A DNA stretch of 64,000 bases from Opitutia bacterium (GCA_050506795.1 JBJHCF010000020.1:1-64000), one strand, 5' to 3'. Counted from the first letter of the stretch, positions 1 through 9,451 are shown. Notes: generated by a model from the sequence alone, not told the origin. Numbers and translations are program-made.

Positions 1-100
1 GACCGGCGGCCATGCGGGAGGATGGCCTAGCCGATGTGATTTGGCTGTGTTCCTTCGATCACCGGCCTTAACCGGGTGCCATTCGGACTAAGATAGCGGG

Positions 101-1174
101 TTACCAGATGCCGTGTTCTCCTTTTTTGAGGGATTGGGCGAAGGCGGTGAGGAGGCGGACGCAGTTTTCGATGTCCTGGAGGTCGACGACCTCGCTGGGG
201 GTGTGCATGTAGCGGAGGGGGACGGAGATGAGGCCGGTGGCGACGCCGGCCCGGGCGATCTGAATGGCGCGGGCGTCGGTGCCGGTGGGACGGGGATCGG
301 CTTCCAGTTGGTGGGGGATGCCCTCCTTTTCCGCGCAGGCGACCAGGCGTTCGAACATGAACGGGTTGATGTTGGCGCCGCGGCAAATGATGGGGCCGCC
401 GCCGAGGCGGGTATCGCCATGTTTGCGGGGATCGCAGTCGGGGTGGTCGGTGGCGTGCCCGACGTCGACCGCGACGGCCAGGTGGGGTTTGACGGCGTAG
501 CCGGAAACCACCGCGCCGCGGGTGCCGATTTCCTCCTGGGTGGTGGCCACGGAAACGACGCCGGCGGCGAGTTTCTTGGTTTTTGCCAGACGGCGCAGCG
601 TTTCGCCGACGATGTAGGCGCCGGCTTTGTTGTCGAAAGCCCGGGCCACGCCGATCGAGCCGTGGATCAGTTCGAAGCCCTGGTCGTAGGTGGCGACGTC
701 CCCGATGGAGACCCGTTTGAGGGCATCCTTTTTGTCGGTGGCCCCGATATCGATCCACATTTCGTGAATCTGCGGGACCTTGTTGCGCTCGTCCTGCTTC
801 ATCAGGTGGATGGCGCGTTTGCCGGTGACTCCCTTGACGATGCCGTCGCGGGTCTGGATGTTGACGCGGCGTCCGCTGATCATGACCCGGTCGTGGCCGC
901 CGATGGTGTCGAAGTAGAGAAAGCCTTTGTCGCTGATGTGTTTGATGATCAACCCAAGCTCATCCATGTGTCCCGCCAGCATGAGCATGGGATCGCCGCC
1001 CGGATTGCGGATGGCGATGCGGTTGCCCAGGGCGTCGCGCCGGTACTGGTCGGCGGCCGGTTCGACGTGTCGATCGAACACCGCCTGCGCTTCCGTTTCG
1101 TAGCCGGAAGGGGAACGGGCGGTCAGGAGGTCGACGAGGAATTCAGGAGCTTCGAAGGATTTCTTTTTGGCCAT
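101..1174 (-). CDS. M42 family metallo-aminopeptidase (TET/FrvX-like)
   Basis: Motifs SPSGYE, LAGHMDELG, RAFDNKAG, QEEIGTRGA, VDV, GTDA, LRYMHTPSE. Confidence 0.93.
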   Translation of the reverse strand: MAKKKSFEAPEFLVDLLTARSPSGYETEAQAVFDRHVEPAADQYRRDALGNRIAIRNPGGDPMLMLAGHMDELGLIIKHISDKGFLYFDTIGGHDRVMISGRRVNIQTRDGIVKGVTGKRAIHLMKQDERNKVPQIHEMWIDIGATDKKDALKRVSIGDVATYDQGFELIHGSIGVARAFDNKAGAYIVGETLRRLAKTKKLAAGVVSVATTQEEIGTRGAVVSGYAVKPHLAVAVDVGHATDHPDCDPRKHGDTRLGGGPIICRGANINPFMFERLVACAEKEGIPHQLEADPRPTGTDARAIQIARAGVATGLISVPLRYMHTPSEVVDLQDIENCVRLLTAFAQSLKKGEHGIW

Positions 1175-1182
1175 GGAGGAAG

Positions 1183-1299
1183 TTAAAAGTTAAAAGTGAG
1201 AAGTTAGAAGGAAGAAGTTGGGGACGGGTTGAGAGGAGGCCGAATGGGGGCGTGGGGTGAGGGACGAGGGGCGTGGGGCGAGGAAAATGGGGTGAGGGA
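1183..1299. repeat. Imperfect heptamer tandem repeats (AAAGTTA-like, then GGGGCGT/GGGGTGA/GGGACGA-like)
   Basis: ttaaaagttaaaagtgagaagttagaag and ggggcgt-ggggtga-gggacga-ggggcgt-ggggcga read directly from the sequence. Confidence 0.7.
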
Positions 1300-1384
1300 T
1301 TTTGCGGGTAGCGGGGTATAGGGTTAGGGAGGGAGTCATCGACTTTTTGGGGGAGACGTGGCAGATTATTTGAAAGCGAAAGTT

Positions 1385-1723
1385 ATGAAGACGTTATCGG
1401 ACAAGGAACTGGATGAGCTGCTGGGGGAATGGCGACTGGAGGTCCGTGAGGTTTCGTCGCGGGCGGGAGTCTGGCGGCGGATCGCGGCCCGTGAGGCGGA
1501 GGACAGAAAGGCGGGTGGGTTCGATTGGGCCGCTTTGCCGAGGTTTGTCTTGAGACCCGGCATTGCCGGCGCGGCGCTGTTGGGTTTTGCCTTGATCGGG
1601 CTGGCGGCGGCCGAAATGCGGTGGCAATGGGAGCGGCAGGCGGCGGTGGAGTTGATGGAGGTTCAGTACTTTCGCGCCATTGATCCGGTGTCCATGGCCG
1701 CCGCACATCGACACGAGCAGTGA
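1385..1723 (+). CDS. Small single-TM putative anti-sigma factor (CnrY-like position)
   Basis: LDELLGEW...VWRRI N-terminus, one hydrophobic segment, first gene before a periplasmic sensor and an ECF sigma; ATG 1385 preferred. Confidence 0.65.
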   Translation: MKTLSDKELDELLGEWRLEVREVSSRAGVWRRIAAREAEDRKAGGFDWAALPRFVLRPGIAGAALLGFALIGLAAAEMRWQWERQAAVELMEVQYFRAIDPVSMAAAHRHEQ

Positions 1724-1825
1724 AGCCCGCAACGCCGGTTGAGGAGCTTGGATCTTAATTGGCCCAATTTTGTTAATGAAACCTTTTTCGTCCTTTATGC
1801 GGTGAACTCGGGGGCGGGATTTCAT

Positions 1826-2272
1826 ATGAAAAACGTTTTATTCATTTTATTCGGCGCGGTGGTGGTGTCCTTCGGCGCTTATTCCCTCCATCGGGAGTAC
1901 CGGTCGGGGGGGATCCCGGAGCACGAGGCCGTGTTCGAGGACTTGCGTTGGCTGCGGGAGGAATTTGGTCTGGAGGCGTCGCAAATGGAAGCGATCGCCC
2001 GGGTCTATGAAGAGTACCGTCCGGTTTGCGAGGCGTTATGCCTTCGGGTCATGGAAACGCAGGATCGATTGGACGCGCTTCTTCTGGAATCGGAAACCGT
2101 GACTCCCGAACTGCGGGAGGTCCTGGCGGAATATGCCCGGGTGAAGGAGGAATGTCACCGGGCCATGCTGGAGCACGTTTACGAAGTGGCCGCCCACATG
2201 ACGCCCCCCCAGCGGGAGCGTTATCTGGAACGGGCGCGGGCGCACGTGACCATGCACGATGCCCGGCGTTGA
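1826..2272 (+). CDS. Periplasmic heavy-metal sensor, CnrX/Spy-CpxP-like
   Basis: N-terminal membrane anchor, WLREEFGL..Q, helical body, MLEHVYEVAAHMTPPQRERY tail; Cys in CEALC and EECH. Confidence 0.75.
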   Translation: MKNVLFILFGAVVVSFGAYSLHREYRSGGIPEHEAVFEDLRWLREEFGLEASQMEAIARVYEEYRPVCEALCLRVMETQDRLDALLLESETVTPELREVLAEYARVKEECHRAMLEHVYEVAAHMTPPQRERYLERARAHVTMHDARR

Positions 2273-2849
2273 CTCCGCCGGACCTTTCGAACCGATGGAC
2301 GATCCGGACCACGAAGACATGTCGGCTTTGTGCGCGGGAGACGACGCCGCGCTCAACCGGATCATGGAACGCTGGTCAGGATCGCTTTACGGATTCATTT
2401 TTCGTTACGTGCAACAGGCGGAAGAGGCGTCCGATCTGATGCAGGAGACGTTTGTCCGGGTTTACCTGAACCGCGAGCGTTATCGTCCGGGAGCCAAGTT
2501 CTCCACCTGGCTTTTTACTATCGCGGTGAACCTTTGCCGCAACCGAATGCGCTGGTGGCGGCGTCACCCGACGGTTTCCCTGGAAGTCGATCCCGACGGC
2601 GCCGACGGGTGGGCGTCCGACACTCCGGAACCAGTATTGGAAGCCGAACGCAACGAAAACATTCGCGCCGTCCGTTCGGCGGTGGCTCGCTTGCCGCACG
2701 AGTTGCGTACCGTCCTGATTCTGGCCCACTACGAGGGACTCTCGCACAAGGAAATCGGAGCTATCACCAACCGTACTCCGAAGGCGGTGGAAGCCAGGCT
2801 CTACCGGGCCCGGCAGAAGTTGAAGAAGTCGCTTGTATCTGGTTCTTAG
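2259..2849 (+). CDS. ECF RNA polymerase sigma-70 factor
   Basis: Region 2 DLMQETFVRVY...FSTWLFTIAVNLCRN; region 4 YEGLSHKEIG...VEARLYRARQKL; start may be 2295. Confidence 0.93.
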   Translation: MPGVDSAGPFEPMDDPDHEDMSALCAGDDAALNRIMERWSGSLYGFIFRYVQQAEEASDLMQETFVRVYLNRERYRPGAKFSTWLFTIAVNLCRNRMRWWRRHPTVSLEVDPDGADGWASDTPEPVLEAERNENIRAVRSAVARLPHELRTVLILAHYEGLSHKEIGAITNRTPKAVEARLYRARQKLKKSLVSGS

Positions 2850-2872
2850 TTTCTGGTTCTTGGTTCCTGGTT
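2838..2872. repeat. Five YYTRGTT heptamers overlapping the sigma stop codon
   Basis: tctggtt-cttagtt-tctggtt-cttggtt-cctggtt. Confidence 0.85.
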
Positions 2873-2965
2873 TGGGAAGGACGTGGGACGAGGGGGGCGA
2901 ATGGGGAGGGGTAGGGTTTCGCCCTGTTCTTGGTCCTTGGTTCTATGTTGAAAACGACGGGGCGA

Positions 2966-2986
2966 GCCCTTCGACAGGCTCAGGGC
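2966..2986. repeat. REP-like hairpin GCCCTTCGACAGGCTCAGGGC
   Basis: Terminal inverted repeat GCCCT/AGGGC around a CTTCGACAGGCTCAG core, recalled as a dispersed intergenic repeat in many bacteria. Confidence 0.55.
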
Positions 2987-3030
2987 GGGGGGAAAGTGTT
3001 GTTGGTTGTCTGCGGGGGCGCTACTGTCAC

Positions 3031-3069
3031 AGCTAGAAACCAAGAACTAAGAACCATCAACCACGAACC
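3031..3069. repeat. Heptamer array inverted relative to 2838-2872
   Basis: aaccaag-aactaag-aaccatc-aaccacg; aaccaag and aactaag are exact reverse complements of cttggtt and cttagtt. Confidence 0.8.
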
Positions 3070-3077
3070 CAACCTTC

Positions 3078-5372
3078 ATGCACCTGAACCCGTTTTTTAG
3101 ATACCCGGCGTGGTCGTTGCTGGTGGTAGTGGTGGCGGTGGCGCCGTTGTGGGTGGGGTTGAGAACGGCGGAGTGGAGTCTGGATCCGGTGGCATTACTG
3201 GAGCAGGATGCGGTGAAACATTCGGTTTATCGCGAGGCTGAGGCTTATTTGCCGGAGGAGGAGATGTTGGCGGTCGATTTGCGGTTTGCGGATGTGTTCG
3301 CCGAGGAAAGTCTGGAACGGATACGGGCGATCGGCGAAGCGTTTCTGGCCTTGCCGGATGTGACCGGGATCAAAAGTCTGACGCATTCGTATTTTCCGGT
3401 GCGGGAGGGGCTGTCGTTTTCCTTTCGTCCCTTGGTGCCGGATGGGCCGTTGAACGAATCCCGGCGAGAGGCCTTGCGGGAGTTGGCTTTGTCGCATCCG
3501 GCGGTGCGGGATTTGATGGTTTCCTCGGACGGATGTCATGCCCTGATCACGGTTGATTTCGACCGCGCCTTCCCCGACCGGGCGAGCCGCCGGGCCTTTC
3601 GGGAAGAAGTGGAGGCGGTGCTGGCGCCGTTTCTCGATGAGACTGTTGGGGTGCAAGTGGCGGCCGTGCCGCTGGTGCGCGAGGAGTTGGAGAACTCGGC
3701 CCGGCGTTTCCTGGGAATTCTGGTGGTTGCCGGGATGTTGTTCTTGCCGCTGGTTTTGTGGCTTGCTTTGGGGGCCTGGCGATTGGTGGCGTTCGTGGTG
3801 GCGGGCACCCTGGCTTACCTTTCGTTGCTGCCGGGAATATTCGGTCTGACGGGATGGGAGACCGGGGTCTTTGCCCTGGTGCTGTTTCCGCTCCTGGCCG
3901 GACTGCATCTGACCCTGCTGGCACATGTGGCCTGCGCCTTGCAGGCGGCCTGTCAGGACGGCAAACGGGGTGAGGAGGCATTGCGCGTCATGCTTCGTCG
4001 GGTGACCCGATCCTGCCTCTTTGCCTGCCTGACCACCGGAGCGGGGTTGCTGGCGCTGGCGGTGTCGCCAGTGGAGGCGTTGCGGGTTTTCGGGGGGCTG
4101 GGGGCTCTAGGAGTGGCGCTTTCTTTCTTGTTCACTTTTGGTCCCGGGATCGCGTTGTTGCGGCTCTTGTTTGCCGGTGACGGGGGCGCCGAGACCCCGG
4201 GAATTCAGGCGCTTCGTCGGGCCGGGGAACGCAACGGGCGGGCGGCGCTGGCGCTTTCGGTTTGGGTGAGACGTAACCCGTGGCCGGTGGCGGTTGTGGC
4301 GGTCGTGTTGTCGGTGATACTGCTGCCGGGTCTGATACGATTGCAGCCGGATTTTCGGATCACCGCGTTTCTGGATCCCGGCAGTCCGACGCGGCAAATG
4401 ATGGAAACGCTGGATCGGGCTTACGGCGGGGTGAATCTTTTGCGAATGGAAGTCGATAGCGGTCGCGCCGGGGGAATCGATTCCCCGGACTTTCTCCGCT
4501 ACCTTTGGCGAGTGCAGCGCTTCGCGGAGGAGCACGAGGCCTTTACGGCTGCCTACTCGTACGCGTTGCTGCCCGCTATGTTGAACCAGGTTTGGGAGGG
4601 CGGAGATCCGGAGGCGTTGGCGTTGCCGGGCAGTCGCGCCCTCTTGCAGCTTTTTACCACTGTTATAAGAACGCAGGAGGGGGCCTTGCCTTTGTTGGCG
4701 GCGTTGAATGACGACGAGCGCCGGCGAGCTCTTATCCTGGTGCGCAGCCGGGACATGCCGTCGGCGAGTTACCTCGAAGCAGTGGAAGAGGTGTTGGCAT
4801 GGGCGGAAGCGGAGCAACCGGAGGGCGTGACGCTGACCGCGGAAGAGGGCTTGCACACCGTGTTGGAAGCGGAGCGACGTATCCTGCTGGGACAACGTCA
4901 AAGCGCCGGCTTGAGCCTGGTTGCCGTCGGCCTGCTCCTGCTGGCGCTCTGGCGTTCCTTTCGCCTCACGCTTTCGGGGTTGCTGGTGACCGCGCTGCCG
5001 GTGGCGATGGCGTTGGGGCTGGCCGGGTATCTGGGGATCGCGCTGAACACGGTGACAATCATGGCGGCGGCCGTGGTTTTTGGGGTCGCGGTTGATGATG
5101 CCGTGCACTTCATCACCTATTGGCGCCAGGCCGTCGAACGGCGTGCCGGGAATCCCCTGGCGGAGACGTTTCGGATCAAGGGGCCGCCCGTGGTCTGCAC
5201 CACGGTGCTGCTCACTGCGATGTTCCTTTTCTTTGCATTGGCTCCCTTCCCACCGGTGGCGCACTTCGGCCTGATCGCGGTGACCGCCCTCCTGTTGACC
5301 GTGGCGGCGGTTTTGTTGGGGCTGGGTTCGTTGTTCCTGGTTCGGGGGAGGAAGGGTGGGGACGTGGGGTGA
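3078..5372 (+). CDS. MMPL/RND-superfamily exporter
   Basis: Two-repeat topology with two large extracytoplasmic loops; GVAVDDAVHF in the C-terminal half; CLTTGAGLLAL. Confidence 0.88.
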   Translation: MHLNPFFRYPAWSLLVVVVAVAPLWVGLRTAEWSLDPVALLEQDAVKHSVYREAEAYLPEEEMLAVDLRFADVFAEESLERIRAIGEAFLALPDVTGIKSLTHSYFPVREGLSFSFRPLVPDGPLNESRREALRELALSHPAVRDLMVSSDGCHALITVDFDRAFPDRASRRAFREEVEAVLAPFLDETVGVQVAAVPLVREELENSARRFLGILVVAGMLFLPLVLWLALGAWRLVAFVVAGTLAYLSLLPGIFGLTGWETGVFALVLFPLLAGLHLTLLAHVACALQAACQDGKRGEEALRVMLRRVTRSCLFACLTTGAGLLALAVSPVEALRVFGGLGALGVALSFLFTFGPGIALLRLLFAGDGGAETPGIQALRRAGERNGRAALALSVWVRRNPWPVAVVAVVLSVILLPGLIRLQPDFRITAFLDPGSPTRQMMETLDRAYGGVNLLRMEVDSGRAGGIDSPDFLRYLWRVQRFAEEHEAFTAAYSYALLPAMLNQVWEGGDPEALALPGSRALLQLFTTVIRTQEGALPLLAALNDDERRRALILVRSRDMPSASYLEAVEEVLAWAEAEQPEGVTLTAEEGLHTVLEAERRILLGQRQSAGLSLVAVGLLLLALWRSFRLTLSGLLVTALPVAMALGLAGYLGIALNTVTIMAAAVVFGVAVDDAVHFITYWRQAVERRAGNPLAETFRIKGPPVVCTTVLLTAMFLFFALAPFPPVAHFGLIAVTALLLTVAAVLLGLGSLFLVRGRKGGDVG

Positions 5373-5398
5373 GGCGTGGTTGGTTGGTTTGAAAAGGA

Positions 5399-5440
5399 CA
5401 AAAGAAATGGGCGGGCCGCCTACCCCTAAACGGCCCGCCC
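5399..5440 (-). terminator. Rho-independent terminator (possibly bidirectional)
   Basis: 10-bp stem gggcgggccg (5409-5418) / cggcccgccc (5431-5440) followed by a U-rich tract on the minus strand. Confidence 0.7.
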
Positions 5441-5669
5441 TTCGCTTTCTTAGTTACCCCAAAACCTCCGCTGTGCGGAGGAAAAGTCATACGTGGACGA
5501 TACCTGTTTGGTCATTGAATTCCGGAAGAAGTTCCGAGAAATTTTAGGACTTTTTTCGCGGAGAATTTTTCGCCCGGGAAAACCGGCGATTCGTCCTCGC
5601 GGCATTTGTGTTGCGGAGGGTGGACCGAAGGAGCGAGTCACGGGCCCGACGCCTGGAAACGGCGGGGCT

Positions 5670-7880
5670 TCAGGGACGCCAGCGAAAGACTTCGAAGAGA
5701 CTGGAATAGCTGTCGGTCCAGATGCGAGGCGGGGTTTCGGGTTGGAGGCGCTGCCAGCGGGGGTCGCGGCGGAAGGGCTCCAGGGTGGATTCGTTTTCGG
5801 CCATAATTACCCATTGAGAGGGCATTTTCCCTTCGGTGGCCTCCCGGGGATCGACGGCGATGTCGTCCTGGAAAAGATGAAACCAGCCGGCGTCGTCGGC
5901 CAGGGCGGCGAACAGCGGCGGAAGGTTTAGGTGGCGGTTGGAGATGTGAAAGGCCAAAAGGCCGTCCGGGGTCAGTTTGTCTCGATAGAGCCGGAGGCTT
6001 TCCCGGGTGAGCAGGTGGACGGGAATGGCGTCCGAGCTGTAGGCGTCGAGCACGATCAGGCCGTAGTGACGGTCGGGGCTTTGTTCCAGCATAATACGGG
6101 CATCCCCAAGGATAATTTCGATATCGGCTTCGGAGTCCTCAAGATAAGTGAAGTAGCGGGTGTCTCGCGCGATGCGAGCCACCGCCGGATCGATCTCGTA
6201 GAATCTCCAGTGTTCGCCCGGGCGGCCGTAGGCGGCGAGCGCGCCGGTGCCGAGACCGATCATGGCGATGCGGTTTTGCGGAAAGGATTCGATTGATTCG
6301 AAAACCTGTCCCATGGGGCCGGTGCGGTGATAATAGGCGAGAGCTTCGCCGCGCCGTTCGGGGTCACGGCTTTGTTTGCCGTGGAAGGTATTGCCGTGGA
6401 CGAGACGAAAGAAACGTTCCTCGGTATCGGTAGTGATGCGGTGGATACCGAAGAATCCGCGTTCGGCATGAAGGACCCGGCCGTGATCGCTGGAGGCCGT
6501 ATGTCCGGCGATGAGCACCGCACCCACCGCCAGGGCGAACCGCAGGGGACGGCGGGAACAGAGGAAGCAGAGCAGGGCGGGCACTCCGGCGAGCAAACCG
6601 CGCAGGACGGTTTCCGTTTCCCGGGTTTGGGACCAGGCGTCGCCCGCCCGGAAGAGGGAAAACGCGAGCAGTCCGAGAGCGGCTGGAATCAGCCAGTCGG
6701 CCGGACGCAATGAGAGGGTGCGAAGGCCGGTGGCGCCGGCGAGACCCAGAAGGCACGCCAGGGTGAAGGCGAGCGGGTACTCGGCCACGGAATTGAAGAG
6801 GAAGGGGGCCAGCAAGGCATTAAACGCGCCCCCGAGGAATCCGCCCAGGGAGAGGCAAAGGTAGAACACGGTCAGGTGGCGCGCCGCCGGGCGAGTCGCC
6901 GCGAGTTCGCCGTGGCAGGCCATGGCGGCGATGAAGAAGGCGGCCAGACTGACGAGCATGATCACCGGCAGCGGTTCGGTGGCGCCGGAGGTGAAGATCA
7001 GAATCATGGCCACGGCGGCCAGGGGGAGGAGCCGGCGTGCCAGCGACGGAGGGAACCATTGCTTTTGGCTGAAGACCAGGATGAAGCTCAGGAGGTAAAG
7101 CGCCAGCGGGATGACCCAGAGCAGCGGAATCGATGCCAGATCGGTGGTGATAAAGGTGGTCACCCCGAGCATCAGGCTGCACGGGACGGCGGCGAGGGCC
7201 AGCCAGTGGGCGCGGCGTGACCAGGCGGGGGGCGGTTCCGGGGATTCCGGTTCGGCCATGGGGGCGGTGGCCGGGACGGGATTTCCGGTTCGGCGAAGCG
7301 TGATCAGGGCGCAGGTTGCGGTGAGCGCGAACGCCAGGGCGTAGCCCCAAGACCAGAGGCGACTTTGGTTTTCCAGGGACAGATTGGGCTCGAGCAGGAA
7401 CGGATAACTCAACAGGGCGAGCACGCTGCCCAGGTTGCTGGCGGCGTAGAGGAAGTAGGGGTCATGGGCGGAAGGATGGGCGGTGACCGAAAACCAGCGC
7501 TGCAGGACGGGACTGCTGGTGGCGACGGCGAAAAACGGGAGGCCGACTCCGAACAGGAGCAGCAGGATGAGCCAGGGCAGCGGGTTGGTTTCGGTGGGTG
7601 GCAGCCAGCCATCCGGCACGGCGACGGGAAATACCAGGAAGGGAAGGGCGAGTATTCCGAGGTGCAGCCACGCCTGACGCCGGACCCCGAGCCGCTGGAA
7701 GGTCCAATGGGCGTAGGCGTAACCGGCCAGCAGCACGGCCTGGTAGAAAACCATGGCGGTGTTCCAGACGGCCGGGGAACCTCCGAGCAGAGGCAGGGCC
7801 ATGCGGGCGAACATGGGCTGCAGCCAGAAAAGAAGCGTGGCGCACAGGAAGCTGTTGAGTATGAAAACGGCGAGCGGCAA
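5670..7880 (-). CDS. Fused membrane (MFS-like) / spermidine-synthase-like SAM-dependent transferase
   Basis: Multi-TM N-terminus (QPMFARMALPLLGGSPAVW, YFLYAASNLGS); C-terminal IGLGTG, YEIDPAV, GDAR, LDAYSSDAIPVHLLT, WTDSYS. Confidence 0.9.
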   Translation of the reverse strand: MPLAVFILNSFLCATLLFWLQPMFARMALPLLGGSPAVWNTAMVFYQAVLLAGYAYAHWTFQRLGVRRQAWLHLGILALPFLVFPVAVPDGWLPPTETNPLPWLILLLLFGVGLPFFAVATSSPVLQRWFSVTAHPSAHDPYFLYAASNLGSVLALLSYPFLLEPNLSLENQSRLWSWGYALAFALTATCALITLRRTGNPVPATAPMAEPESPEPPPAWSRRAHWLALAAVPCSLMLGVTTFITTDLASIPLLWVIPLALYLLSFILVFSQKQWFPPSLARRLLPLAAVAMILIFTSGATEPLPVIMLVSLAAFFIAAMACHGELAATRPAARHLTVFYLCLSLGGFLGGAFNALLAPFLFNSVAEYPLAFTLACLLGLAGATGLRTLSLRPADWLIPAALGLLAFSLFRAGDAWSQTRETETVLRGLLAGVPALLCFLCSRRPLRFALAVGAVLIAGHTASSDHGRVLHAERGFFGIHRITTDTEERFFRLVHGNTFHGKQSRDPERRGEALAYYHRTGPMGQVFESIESFPQNRIAMIGLGTGALAAYGRPGEHWRFYEIDPAVARIARDTRYFTYLEDSEADIEIILGDARIMLEQSPDRHYGLIVLDAYSSDAIPVHLLTRESLRLYRDKLTPDGLLAFHISNRHLNLPPLFAALADDAGWFHLFQDDIAVDPREATEGKMPSQWVIMAENESTLEPFRRDPRWQRLQPETPPRIWTDSYSSLFEVFRWRP

Positions 7881-7994
7881 AGCGGTTGTCGGTTGCCCAT
7901 TACGTTTCCCGGGACCGTGCGCGTTTTCAACGCTTTTGTCGCGGCCGCCGGTTTTGCTTTGTCTTGGGGAATGAAGCGGGCATCAATAGGCGCC

Positions 7995-8981
7995 ATGGGT
8001 CTGCTTCCTTCCATGACGATGTTGAGCCCGGTGCTGCTGGGGGGCCTGGTGATCGCCGGAGTGGTGGCATTGACCCTGGGCGGAGCTTTGTTGTGCCGGG
8101 GAGCGGTCGAACTGGCCTTATTCTTCAAGATCCGGCCCGTGGTGGTCGGCCTCACGGTGGTGGCGCTGGCGACTTCGACCCCGGAGTTGTTTACCTCTCT
8201 GTTTGCCGCCGGCTCCGGCAATACCGATCTCGTGCTGGGCAATCTGGTGGGCAGCAACATCGCCAATGTGGGATTGATACTGGGGTTGTCAGCCCTGATT
8301 TGCCCGCTGGTGATCAAGATGCGTTTGATCCGCCGTGACGTGCCGGTGACCATCGCGGCGACCCTGCTTTTCTGTTTGCTGGCCTGGGGATCGTTGGGGC
8401 GATGGGACGGACTGCTGCTGTTGGTTCTTTTTGCGGGTTATATGGCCTGGGTTCTGAGAAACCCTGCGGCGGCCGTAGACGAGGACGAGGTGGAACTTCC
8501 GGTGGCCGAGAGTTCCGGTTGGCGAGTCGGGGTGGTCGCGGTAATTGGTGGAGCGTTGCTGCTGGCGGCAGGCGCCGAAGTGCTGGTGGCTTCCGCAGTG
8601 GAAACGGCCGAGCGTCTCGGGGTGGGCCAAGTGCTCATTGGCATCACCCTGGTGGCCGTCGGTACCAGCCTCCCTGAGTTGGCGGCGGCGCTGGCGGCGG
8701 CCATAATGAGGCAGGCCGACCTGTGCGCCGGCAACATCGTGGGGTCGAATCTATTCAATCTCCTGCTCATCGGCGGGGGCGCGGCGATGATTCATCCGAT
8801 ACCGGTGGACAATTTTTTTTACTCGGTGGAGATGCCGGGGTTGATTGTTTTCACCGTTCTGTTGTGGCCGTTCTTTCTTACCGGTCGTATTGTCAGCCGG
8901 CGTGAAGGAGCGGTGCTGCTTTTAATGTACGGCGGATTCCTGGCGCTGACCACACTGGTCCGGACGGGCGTGATTCTTTGA
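7995..8981 (+). CDS. Calcium/sodium antiporter (CaCA, YrbG-like)
   Basis: Two alpha repeats ATSTPE...GNLVGSNIAN and GTSLPE...GNIVGSNLFN; start codon uncertain (about 7971-8013). Confidence 0.92.
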   Translation: MGLLPSMTMLSPVLLGGLVIAGVVALTLGGALLCRGAVELALFFKIRPVVVGLTVVALATSTPELFTSLFAAGSGNTDLVLGNLVGSNIANVGLILGLSALICPLVIKMRLIRRDVPVTIAATLLFCLLAWGSLGRWDGLLLLVLFAGYMAWVLRNPAAAVDEDEVELPVAESSGWRVGVVAVIGGALLLAAGAEVLVASAVETAERLGVGQVLIGITLVAVGTSLPELAAALAAAIMRQADLCAGNIVGSNLFNLLLIGGGAAMIHPIPVDNFFYSVEMPGLIVFTVLLWPFFLTGRIVSRREGAVLLLMYGGFLALTTLVRTGVIL

Positions 8982-8998
8982 GGGACGAGGGGCGTGGT

Positions 8999-9451
8999 TT
9001 AGCGTGTGATGTCGTCGCGGGTGAGGACGTGAAATCCGCATCGGCTGAGGGCATGGGCGGCGACGTCGGCATCCTCCACGCTGAGCGCGAGGGCGCATTT
9101 GTCGTTGGGGCGGGTGATGAAAGCGTAGGTGTAATGGATGTTGATCTCCGCCTCAAGCAGGGCGCACAGCGCGCGGTGAATGTCGGCCGAGGTATTCATT
9201 TCCAGAACCAGGACCGGGGTTTCGCTGAAATGAAACGAGCTTTCTCTGAGGATAGTGCGAGCGCGTTCGTGGTCGTCGACGATGATGCGAAGAATGGAGC
9301 TGTCCGTGGTGTCCAGAACCGTCATCGCCATCACGTGCACCTCGTTCTCGTAGAGGACGCGGATAAGATCGTGGAGCCGTCCCAGCTTGTTCTCCATGAA
9401 TACGGCGAACTGGATGATGGGATCGTGCCGTCGTTGCAGTGTTTGCGGCAT
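8999..9451 (-). CDS. Tandem ACT domain protein
   Basis: QFAVFMENKLGRL, ILRIIVDD, EAEINIHYTYAF. Confidence 0.85.
   Translation of the reverse strand: MPQTLQRRHDPIIQFAVFMENKLGRLHDLIRVLYENEVHVMAMTVLDTTDSSILRIIVDDHERARTILRESSFHFSETPVLVLEMNTSADIHRALCALLEAEINIHYTYAFITRPNDKCALALSVEDADVAAHALSRCGFHVLTRDDITR

Noticed and set aside
113..1186. 357-aa plus-strand ORF
   Set aside because: Antisense shadow of the M42 peptidase; typical of high-GC codon bias.
7365..7994. N-terminal extensions given by the ORF track (antiporter; also 11023, 17517, 24385, 44737, 47838 starts)
   Set aside because: They overlap neighbouring genes or lack family similarity; downstream ATGs fit better.
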